In this document: positions 51,358 through 61,638 of the stretch, piece by piece | Position numbering within the stretch: the first letter of the stretch is position 1 | Layout of the letters: every line of letters starts with the position of its first letter | Assembly: GCA_047495785.1 (NCBI GenBank) | Contig: JBLDXI010000002.1 | Span: 62,001-126,000 of the forward strand | Reading direction: 5' to 3' | Source of the DNA: Lepidodermella squamata | Taxonomy: Eukaryota > Animalia > Gastrotricha | DNA: 64,000 nucleotides | Program-made: the position numbers and the translations under genes | Notes under the pieces: generated by a model | What the model was told of the DNA's origin: nothing | Seen by the model: only the letters and a program-made list of their open reading frames with translations | Database searches by the model: none

Positions 51358-52906
51358 TCAGCCGCATTTGCCAGCCGAACACGTTGAAGTGATTTTTTGC
51401 CTCGTCCCCGGCCATAATCGCGCCCTGTCCCAAACATCGGTGAAAATCTGCGAAAATTGGCCACGTGACCAAAATGCCAATAGCCCGCGGCTGTAGACAA
51501 GGTGGACACAGCCTAATTCGAATTTTTCGACCAAATCAGATATCGCCGACGCTTGGTGGGTATCTGAAGAGACTATTCTAGCGAATAATTGATACTCGCT
51601 ACGGTTCGAAAACTCTTTCAGAGTCGAACTTGTATCGATGAGTGGTAAATCTTGTGATTGAAGATACCGAGCGAAAGACAGCCTGCTTTGGGTTCCGATG
51701 ACGAAATCAATGTTCGGCTTTTTCCAGTTGGTTGAATTTGCCCGGGAAATTGCGATTTCCGGCTGCCGGCATGAGTCGATTATACTGTAGCCTATGCGCA
51801 ATTTAGCGGCGAAGTAATCAGGTCGGCGATTGATGGCGTCAATGATTGAGGTGAAAAAACTCGCCTGGAGAGCTTGTTTAGGGTCCAGTTCGCCGCATGA
51901 TGATTCATCACTTTGAAAGCAAAGTTTTTCTCAATTTTTTTATTTCGAGAAAATCTCGGAAAACCAGCAGAATAAAGTTTTAAAAAAATAAAAAAATTGG
52001 AAAAATTCTTCCTTAATTAATTTTAATGTGACCTACATTTTAGAAGATTTAAGAAAGATTTTACATTTTAAATTTAAAAAAATTTAAATATCTTTTTTTA
52101 AATTTTTGTGAGCGCGAATTAAAAATCTGAAAATTATTATGGCATTTGAAACACCTCTTCCTATTTCATATTTTTGAGTATTAATTTTTTGGGAATATCT
52201 TTTAGCGGAACCAAATTTACAGTGAGCGGAACCAAATTTGCTGTATCGGAGCCAAATATGCTGTAGCGGAACCAAATTTTCTTTTTCCGGAACCAAACTC
52301 AAAATATGCCAAGAGTCATTTTTTGAATATTTCTAAGAAATTTAGGCTAAGCATGAATTCTGAATTGAACACTGCGTCTTATAAAGAATGTTGCGGTGAA
52401 TTCACTGGTGAATTTTTCAGAATTAATGGGACCAATTTTGACATGCAATAAATATCCGAAAAGCGATTTCAGGCCACTAGAAAATTCTAAAATTTGGTTC
52501 CGCTAACAGCAGATTTGGCTCCGCTACAGCATATTTGGTTCCGATACAGCAAATTTGGTTCCGCTCACTGAAAATTTGGTTCCGCTAACAGGAAGACCCT
52601 TAATTTTTTTACTGACAGCAAATCATTACCTATTTATATATTTATTTTCTAATTTTTCTGTAATTTTTCTAATTTTAATAGAATTTTGGAATTAAAAACA
52701 ACATCATGATGAATATTTTACCTGCCATTGTTAGGCTTTGAGTTGTGGAATGGCAGAACGAGGCCGATGTTAAAATCGCCATCATGCGACCCGTAGGATC
52801 CGATAATCTGGTCAGCGGCACTCGCGATCCTGGTTAGATGACAGACGCAGATTATTGTGGCCGTAATAACCCTGGCCACCATCAGTCGTCGACCACTAGT
52901 CACCAT
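51358..52906 (-). CDS. Internally deleted flytrap-only gene G3 (~245 aa); exons 52906-52722 and 51910-51358
   Basis: Signal, GDFNIGLVLPFH, IGYSIIDSC, FARIVSSD, VHLVYSRG, then a direct in-frame jump to the family C-terminus LWPGTRQKITSTCSAGKCG*. Confidence 0.7.
52191..52599. mobile_element. Foldback/MULE-like non-autonomous element in the G3 intron
   Basis: GGG...CCC ends, inverted arrays of the ~20-bp unit AGCGGAACCAAATTT, and an apparent 10-bp TSD TTAATTTTTT on both sides. Confidence 0.75.
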
Positions 52907-53397
52907 TGTAAAACAGCAAATTATGCATTGGTAACGCGAAGAAGACACTCTTTAGTTGTTACATTAATTATCTAAGGTGATGTATTCACCTCGCACGAGA
53001 GCGCAATAAAAATGTAAGAAAAAAATGCAGTCGACATGTAAATTAGCTGATAAAATACTCCGACCGAAGGAAGGGCAGAGATTATGCTTAAATAATTTCT
53101 GCATTAAATGAAAAAAATCCGAATTAAACAGAAAATACCTAAAATTCCTGAGAAATCAATTTTTTCAAGAATATTCTCGTAACCTTGTTTGGTGACCTAT
53201 ATTCCACCGGCAAGCAATGAAATCAGGTCAAATTAATAAAACTAGGCACGCAAAGGTCACATTTTTATTACATTTACTTCTTATGCGTAGGCTTCTTTCT
53301 AGGTCAAATTAAGCTATAATAATTACAAAATGATAAATTTAAAGTTCGCTTTCCATTTATCTGTGAACAATTTTGATCACATCGATACCTTTATCCC

Positions 53398-55641
53398 TCA
53401 CTTCGGCGTGCCATTTTTCTGGCAAGCGCATTGGCTGGTAATCGTCGCATTCTGGCCGTTGATGACCCACTTCTGCACATTTTCCCAGTCCTGAGCCACC
53501 GACGTGGCCTTGAGGCCGTTCGGACGCGTCCACTCGCCGACTTTCTTGTACAAGTACCGGTTCATGTAGAACTGGCCGAAGCCTTTGCGGCGGAAGTTGA
53601 AGAAATCGTAAGCTGGAACGCCGTCGCCGAATTCGTCGAAGCGGAACCGCTGTGTGCCGTTGGTTGGCGTGAAGCTGGTTCGTTTTATGTAGGGATACAA
53701 TTTAGCCGAGTTTGTTGTTACGTAATCGATGCAGGCGGCTTTTGTTCGGTTTTTGCATTCGGCATTGACCATGTCATTCAGGCCGGTTATCGAAGCTTCG
53801 AAGGCGAGCTTGAAGAGATAGGAAATCGATGGGTCGGATGGCAGGTCTTGACCGCGAAGAACCATGGTTTCGGCTTTGGTTGCAAAATTAGAAAATATTT
53901 GAAAAATCACATTTTCGAAATTTTAAAATTTTAAAAATTTTCTTTAATATTTTGAAATATTAAAAGAAATTCCTTGACCATGTTTGCAAATTTAGCGAAT
54001 TTTAAATTTTTTTGAAAATTTTAAAATTAAAAACTTTAAAAATTAAAAGAACAATTATTTTTATATTTATTTGGAAAAATTAGCTTACGGTCACATCTCG
54101 GCTTGTTTCGAATAGCCCTGTCGAAGGTGCAGTGAAATCGGCCTTCGAGGTACTCTCTGAACCATGGATGTTGCGTATTGATAGATTTCAGCTGTTCATT
54201 GAACCATGTCGCATCGCTCAACGAAACCATATTCCCAGCTACGGCTGAATTACCCTCGGAAAATAGCGATACCGAAACCGCAGCTTCGGCTACATTTTCC
54301 AAGCTCGGAAACGTATTCGTGCCCCAATAATCACTAGGAAAAAATTGCAAAAATTAAATTTCAATTTTTAAAAATGATCCAGTATATAAAAAATTTCAAA
54401 AATTCAAATTTATATTCAAATTTAAATTAAAGGTCGAAATTTTATATTCAGCATTTTATTGAAAAATTGAAAAAAAAATTAATTAAATAATTTGACAATT
54501 CAATTTGGAAATAAAGTTTTTGAAATTTTCAATTTTTCAAATTTAATTTTAATTTTATAATTTTGATTTTTATAATTTTTGTGCTTTTGATTTTTATTTA
54601 TAAATTACCTAGCCATAATCATGAATCGCGGTGCATCGGGTAGTGTTGATTTAGCGTATTGTAAACTTGACAGTAAACCCTGAATAGTCGGATCCTCACA
54701 AAAGCACACAACAGCCGAAACATTGGGCGCCTCGTGGATCCGCGAGACAATCACATCAAAATCGCCTAAATTATTATTATTCAACAAATTCGGCGCCTTC
54801 TGATCGGTGGTAATGCAAATTCCACGCTGCTCCATCGACCGCCTAATATCATCAGCCCCACTCTCGCCGTAGATTCCCTTACTGTAGACAAGGTGGACAC
54901 AATTGAAATTCATCTTCTTCGCAAGATCAGCAATCGCCTCGGCTTGGAAACGGTCTGAAGGTGAGGTTCGAAGTAGTAAGGGATATCTGAGCTGATCCGA
55001 CAACTCGCTGGCAGTCGATCCGAAATCAACCAGCGGGGTTCCGAATAGTTCGAGGTAGGTCGCTAAGGGTCCAGTGACCCTGGAGCTGTACGCACCCAGT
55101 GCGAGGGTGATCAAATTGTTGTCTCGCCTGTTTCGTTCCAGTTTAGCCGTGCTCCATACTGTGGCGTAGGCTAGGGCTATATTAGGCAGGTCGCATGAAT
55201 CGATGATGCTGTAGCCGACTTTGTAGCCTGGTAGAATACGTTGGTCCAAATTGACGGCATTGATCATGCGGCGGAAGTACGAAACTCGCAGGGCCTGTTC
55301 AGCATTCAAATCGCCACAGGCATACCTTAAAAAATTCAGAATATTATATTTTAATTAAATTGACTAATTATTAGAATTAAAAATTAAACCTAAATAAATT
55401 TCAATTTTTTTGAAAATTTGAAAATTAATTTAAAAATTAAATTTTTCGATATTTGAAATTGTTGATAAAAATTACTCATTAACCTGAGATCATAAGGCAG
55501 TTCCAGCGTTTCATTTGTGTTATGAATCGGTAAAACGAGTCCAATAATGAAATCGCCCGGTTCAGTATAGGCCTGACCTTTGACCTCGGAAATCACGCCG
55601 AAAATCACGGCAATAATCACAGCGAAACTCAACAATTTCAT
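53398..55641 (-). CDS. Secreted mGluR-like flytrap-only protein G4; exons 55641-55484, 55325-54609, 54333-54089, 53873-53398
   Basis: Signal MKLLSFAVIIAVIFGVISEVKG; GDFIIGLVLPIH, ILPGYKVGYSIIDSC, GAYSSRVT, STASELSDQLRYPLLLRTSPSD, ASDYW, PWFREY, FDEFGDG. Ends ITSQCACQKNGTPK*. Confidence 0.85.
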
Positions 55642-56574
55642 GCTCAATGTTGCGAAACGTATAAAAGGCCAAAAAATTTCTTAACGCAGATGTATGTGAC
55701 TTTTTATCGTTTTATTGCCCCGCTTGACTGCTCACGATGGCGATGATGATTTGTAAAAAAATAATGTAGCACAGGCATGTGATGACGTTCAACAGCGTAT
55801 GGTCATCTTGTTGTCGTGTTTTATTGCTCGCGACAGCGCAGAAAAGTGAGCAGGTGAATATCATTTTCGCTAGGGTGAGAGCACATTTTATGACGCTTCA
55901 CCCCATAGCAACGGTAACAAAGATATGGGTAACCAAGGACGCTCTTTCCGCCTTTGAGTGTTAGTAGGCTGGAGGATGAAAAACGAAAGAAATGTCAAAA
56001 TATTTTGTTCTGGAATTCGACAAATTCAAGCGATAAATTTTTATGGCACTTTTGTCACTTGCGCAAATGTCTTATTTGCGATCATAGTTAATTTCACAGA
56101 ATAAGTGTTGAACCTAATTCAAATTTGAGTTACAATTTTAAATTAGTTGGATAATGATGTAAAACGAAAAATTCAAAGTATTACTCGGAAAATCTCCCAT
56201 ACGATACTAAATTATTAGGAAATATAACGGAAATTCAAAAAATTCAAAAAAAATTACAAAATGTGGAAAATTGAATTTCAAATTTTCAAATTTTTTAAAT
56301 TTTTTTATGGAAATTAATCATAGAGAAAAATTCTTCCTAAATGCTATTTAATAATTAATCATCCTGTTTTCGTTTTCAATGATTTTCACTTACGAAATCA
56401 TAGGATTTTTTTGTTCAGAAGTGAGTGATTAGGATGGGCGCGTGCTTCACCAATTTTTTCACCATCTGCAATCGATTATTTTTGTAAAATTTGATTTAAT
56501 ATCATGTTGGTACCACGGTGGCAAATTTGAACGCATTCTTCATTGAGCTTATTCATCAAATTTTGTCAACGAAA

Positions 56575-58780
56575 ATGGAAAAATACTCACCGAAATTTTT
56601 GTCCTATTCAATGTTTGCATCGATGGTAATCTTGGCGGTTCTGATCATTTTGAAGCTTAATTTTGACACCTCGATGAGCTGCGTTTCTACATTGAAATCC
56701 ACCTCAATGAACGACTCGCTAGCAATGAAGCCTCAATGGACCCGGAAAGCCCTTAAAAATCTTGGCTTACTGGCAAATTACGCCCTACCGAAGCTGCCAT
56801 CCCAATCCTACGCCTTGATTAACCTAATTAGGGAAGAAAATCCTACCGTCACAGCGAATGTTCTTAATGAGCAATCTTTCTGGACTATTGGTTCGAGAGA
56901 TAGGTTCCAGAACAGGCTTCTAGAGCTGCTACAACAAGGCGGAAAACGGAAGTTTCGAATGGCAGCAATTGGTGGGTCGATCACTGCGGCTCATGGCATC
57001 AGAGAAGCTGAAGTCTATCTCTTCCGACTCAAAAATTGGTTGACTGCATGGCTAGGCCGAGTTGGGATTGAAGTCGAAGCTTTCAACGCAGCTGTTGGCG
57101 GGGCGACGTCGAATTACTTCAGTGGCTGCGTGAAAAATCACCTGAATCTCACCGATATCGATCTGCTTTTCATCGATGAAATGGCTAACGATAACTTTGG
57201 CGTCGAACTGCCTTTGGATGATTATTTTGTGAACGATGGGCATCACCTGGAGCAGCTGATACGAGTTATTAGGCGGCAGAATCCGAGATTGGAAATTGTG
57301 CTGATCAGCTTCCCGCCTATGAATACGGTGGTGGCAAAGTCGCCGAATTGTTCTTGGCCCTACAAGGCGGTCTATAAACGCGTGGCTGAACATTACAATC
57401 TGACGGCTATTCAATGGCAGCATCGAGTTTGCGGGTACTACAACGCTACATCTTGGAGCTCGCACATGGATTCGATACTGCGTTAGTTGAGTTATTTCTT
57501 TCAACTTATTGGAATAGGCCTTGAAGCTGGGCGTTTCACTGTTATCCCTATGGCAGCTCAGCTGGAAGCACAACATTCTCATTATAGGTCCAAATCTGAG
57601 TACCTACTGAAATTTAGGATTATAGGTAAGTTCCTGGACCTTTTCCGAGCCCCTAGCCCCTAGCGGTACTTCGATCTCGGAACCTTCCTGGACCTTTACC
57701 CAACTTCGAGTCAACATTGAAAAAGGTCCAGGAAGGTTCTAGGAATGGTAGGGATCAGGTAGTGATACCAGTTCAGTCAATCCGAACAGGCAACCTGATC
57801 AAGGACCAAAGGGTGGACCCCTGTGTCGTTTTCCTTATCCTTACCAGTTCTACTGTCCTACTTCACTTTGTGATTGGGATACTAAGCTCACAAGCCAAAT
57901 GCGGCAATAGCCATATCCTGTTTATTCATTCAGTTAATTTTGATTTTTCTCAGAAACCTATATATCGCGTGCGGACAAGAGACACCCTTCATGGATCATG
58001 CATTCCGAAGTGAGCAACAGCATCGCACTTTACCTGAAACAATCCGTCCAAAGCCTCTTTCATCGACTTTCGGATGGCTCCACTGGTTACATTACTTCTC
58101 TGCGCAATTTGAACGATTTTACCATCGATGAATGGCCGTTTTTGACTGGTAACTCAAAAATTGGATCGGCTGACTGTTTCCTTACTATGGAACGTCCGTT
58201 CGCTAACGACACTCGACTTTTAGATGCTTTGATAGATAAAAGCCCGGATTTTTACACTGGGAAGGTTTTTTTAGCGAATTATCGCCGCAAGCAGGCCAAG
58301 GTGACCTCGGGCGAATATCTGCTTTACTTTTACCTGCCAAAAATGGGTTCTTACGCAACATTTCGCTTTAACAAGGACGATTTCTCGGTGAACAGAGGCA
58401 AATTCCCGTGCTCGAGCGAATTTGGCTATGTGCCAAAAATGGCAATTGGCTATCAAATCGGTCACACCTGTAACAAACAAGGCTTCCCAGTCGCTCTGGA
58501 TGTTAACATCGAATTCATCCTCTCGATTGGTCATTCTAAGAACGTGAAACGGGTTTACCGTGATCCGACTGCCCCGTTGCAATGCTATGCATTGACGCAC
58601 AAAAGCGTTCACTATTTGCTGCCAATGTACCTCGATTTAGCGAAGTCGCAATGCTGGACTAGCGACGTGAAAATTGAAAGTTTGGCAATCAAGCTTCGTT
58701 TAGTTTATCCAAACACGATGTCTGAGATCCACAGTTTAATTTTAACTTACGAATGTTGTTACAAGTTACAACAAATATAA
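56575..58780 (+). CDS. SGNH/GDSL hydrolase-like type II membrane protein; exons 56575-57481 and 57954-58780
   Basis: N-terminal TM; block I AIGGSIT, block II NAAVGGATS, block III IDEMAND; block V DKRHP is restored across the phase-1 intron. Confidence 0.75.
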
Positions 58781-59235
58781 TAGCAAGCGAGGAACTGTAG
58801 TTTTATTCGATTCTCATTCGTACAATAAAATAAGAGCCCGAGAACACCGAGCTTTTATTAGATGTTATACAAGAAGTATGTATGATAATGTACCAATATT
58901 TCAATCACATCTGTGATTCGTACAACGAGCTTTGGAAAATCTAAACGATGCAGATTTATGGCACCCTCGAGCGCTTGAATTTTTGCCTTTTTGACTTTCA
59001 GCAACGATGTGCTTATGGTCAAAATATGAGCCCGGAGAACCTCATGGAATGGGCCAAGTCGGTTAGAAAACATAAAAAATGAACGATTCACCGACAAGTT
59101 TTGAAATTTTTGAAATTTCGACGTTGAAATTTTAGTCTGCTATAGGAACAAATACGTTACTTCCAATAAAATGTCTTCCAAATTGTTAAGAAGTCAATTA
59201 TTTATGAAGTTGACGCAAACACGTTTTCAGGAACT

Positions 59236-61638
59236 TCAGGCCGCGAGATTGGCATTAGATGAAGTACGTGGCTTTTTCGGTGCCAAGAACCCAGGGTAGA
59301 TCCAAAACGCGGATAAAATTGTCGAAACAATGATGATAACGAACGCGAGAGCTTCCTGCTGTTTAATCGTATCTGACTGCACGGTTATCGCTATTAAAAT
59401 TGAAACTGGCAGTAGCGTACCTCCTGCAATAAGTGACAGGCAGCATGGAAGGAACTCGTGACAACTAGCTGGTAATCCTTTTATCTGCCTCAGTCGGAAT
59501 GCATATAACGAAGCGATGGCTATCAGCACGGATTCAACAACTGCCACGGCTCCCAGAAAAGACCATCCAATGGCAGGTGACATTGAACATTTGACGAGCC
59601 AAACTTCAATCACAGCGTCCAATTTGTCGTCGTACGTCGGTTGAGATGCTAGCTCATATGCGCAGATCATGTCATTGCTAACCGACCAGCCTATTAGGAT
59701 TCCAAGGTTTACGGCAGCAATAGAAATTGCTCCTATACTCGTCTGTTTATCAAAGGAATTCCAAATCTGAATCGGGAAAGACAGGGTTAAGTTCGGATAC
59801 ATGGTAAGATTTGTCGACGATCTCTCCCTATGCAAGTCATCCGAGTTCTGAAAAGCGCTCAAAGTATTAAAATGTCCACTTTGAATCTGAAGCGAATGAT
59901 CATGGATCCCTTTTTGGACAAAAAAGTTGATACTGATCAACCGGGTGGCTATCAAGCTCAAGACAATAGAAATTCCGATCCCAAGCAGTAAGAAACACGC
60001 TGAAGCAAGTCTTGCGCTCTCCAACCCTCTATCAAAGGTAAAAGCCCCTGCTGATGTGTTAAGGATCAAACAGCCAACTAGGCCAGTAATTTTGGAGAAT
60101 TTGAAGTAAACCTTTCTCGGCTTATTCAATGAAATTGTTATTATCGAACCCGCTTGAATTATTGTGGTAACGATAATCAGAAACCAGCATACACTGAGAG
60201 AAGTTGTCGAAACGTGTTGCACATGTGTAAGAACAAGGTGTCGATCTCGGGGAGGAGCCCCAAGAGGCCATATAATAGGTCGGAGAAATCGAAATTCGTA
60301 ACTATCGAGCGAAAATTCTGAGAGACCTCTGTCCAGCTTCTGACGGATGTGAATCAAGTCCTTGAGGCCATCAGGCGTCCATTGAGTGACTGTTTGTATG
60401 TCGCCTAATGTTGAGCCTGAGGAACTGAAGGCCGACCTTCCAATCCTCATTCCGATGAACTCGGATGATAGAACAGATTCATTTGCGATTTTAGCGACTA
60501 GTTCGGGGTTGGAGTGGTAATCGCGGAGAGTTAGGTTGTACTCAGACTTGAGACGCAGCTCAGTGTTGTGAAGGGCGAAGAAGGCTGTTGAAAACGTGTC
60601 GTAAACGACGTAAGCAGTGACGAGAGGCGCATCTGCAGTAGCAGGGGTCGCGTTTATTCCCTTGATTATGTAAGCGTCGTAGTCAGCTGCATTGTCTCCG
60701 AAAGAGGTCACTCGACTGTAGTTATCAGGCCTGCTTATGTAGCCAAAGTAATACGTCTGTCTAATCTGGGCTAACAAGTCCTGTTGCGAGCAATCCTGGG
60801 CCATTGTATTGTCGACGCTTATAGCAGTTATCATTGTTATGAAAACGTAACGATGTCCATTCATTCCTTGCTTGTAGGCAAAGCACAGAAATCGTACAAC
60901 ATGGTAGTTGCTAGTTATAGACAAAACGATCACTCTAGCTCCTGAATTCTTAATAACAGCAACATCCTCTGGGGTTACGCTTGCAATAGTTACATTACCG
61001 AAAAACACGTGAAATGCCGCAATTTCAAAGCCATTCGCAACAGCCTGGTCGTGAAGCAATGTTGCCGTTCCATAGTCATTCGCGTTCCCCATAAACGCTA
61101 TGAGCGATATTCTGTTCCAATTCCCGATATCGCGGATAAATTTCAGAATCGTTATCGCTGTTGTTTTATAGGTAGGCATTCGCAGGTAGAGATTTGGAAA
61201 TAAGTAATGATCAGCGAGGAATGGTGCAGTGCATACGGTACTTATCGCGATTTGGTTGATGTAGCCTGCGAAACGGCCAAGAGCTCGACATCCATTGGAT
61301 ATTGCCGGGCCAACGATTATTGGAGATTGGTAACCATTCCGCCCTGATCCGTCGAATTCTCGGCTGAAGAGAACAGTCTCCTTTACTGCATTCATGCCGA
61401 GAAGCTCTTCGCGGTGGACGAATTCGATATGATAATCCGGCAGAATGTCGCTTCGGTTGTTGACGCGATCGACGGCGAGTTGAACTGTTAGAAAAGACGC
61501 AAGACTTCGCTTAGCCTCGATTTCCAATACCGGAGTGAGGAAGAGTATTTTCAAGCGATGCGGCTTCGTTTGCGAGTCTACACATAAAATCATTATAGAT
61601 AGTATGGTAAGTGAGGCAAAATATAGTCTCGTCAGCAT
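59236..61638 (-). CDS. Intronless orphan class C GPCR, GABA-B-receptor-like (flytrap + 7TM, no Cys-rich domain)
   Basis: Signal MLTRLYFASLTILSIMILCVDS; LAVDRVNNRSDILPDYHI, IIVGP, WPLGAPPRD linker; seven hydrophobic segments ending WIYPGF; short tail with no coiled coil. Confidence 0.85.
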   Translation of the reverse strand: MLTRLYFASLTILSIMILCVDSQTKPHRLKILFLTPVLEIEAKRSLASFLTVQLAVDRVNNRSDILPDYHIEFVHREELLGMNAVKETVLFSREFDGSGRNGYQSPIIVGPAISNGCRALGRFAGYINQIAISTVCTAPFLADHYLFPNLYLRMPTYKTTAITILKFIRDIGNWNRISLIAFMGNANDYGTATLLHDQAVANGFEIAAFHVFFGNVTIASVTPEDVAVIKNSGARVIVLSITSNYHVVRFLCFAYKQGMNGHRYVFITMITAISVDNTMAQDCSQQDLLAQIRQTYYFGYISRPDNYSRVTSFGDNAADYDAYIIKGINATPATADAPLVTAYVVYDTFSTAFFALHNTELRLKSEYNLTLRDYHSNPELVAKIANESVLSSEFIGMRIGRSAFSSSGSTLGDIQTVTQWTPDGLKDLIHIRQKLDRGLSEFSLDSYEFRFLRPIIWPLGAPPRDRHLVLTHVQHVSTTSLSVCWFLIIVTTIIQAGSIITISLNKPRKVYFKFSKITGLVGCLILNTSAGAFTFDRGLESARLASACFLLLGIGISIVLSLIATRLISINFFVQKGIHDHSLQIQSGHFNTLSAFQNSDDLHRERSSTNLTMYPNLTLSFPIQIWNSFDKQTSIGAISIAAVNLGILIGWSVSNDMICAYELASQPTYDDKLDAVIEVWLVKCSMSPAIGWSFLGAVAVVESVLIAIASLYAFRLRQIKGLPASCHEFLPCCLSLIAGGTLLPVSILIAITVQSDTIKQQEALAFVIIIVSTILSAFWIYPGFLAPKKPRTSSNANLAA

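Noticed and set aside
52200-52590. Regularly spaced ~20-bp repeats that could suggest a CRISPR array
   Set aside because: No unique spacers, inverted arrangement with a TSD, inside a eukaryotic intron: a foldback transposon.
46612-53934. Plus-strand ORFs of 100-170 aa opposite G1, G2 and G4
   Set aside because: Antisense shadows of GC-rich coding exons.
46579-55641. Annotating G1-G4 as fragments of one metabotropic glutamate receptor gene (GRM)
   Set aside because: Each has its own signal exon and stop codon, and no Cys-rich or 7TM exon of mGluR type is present in the window.
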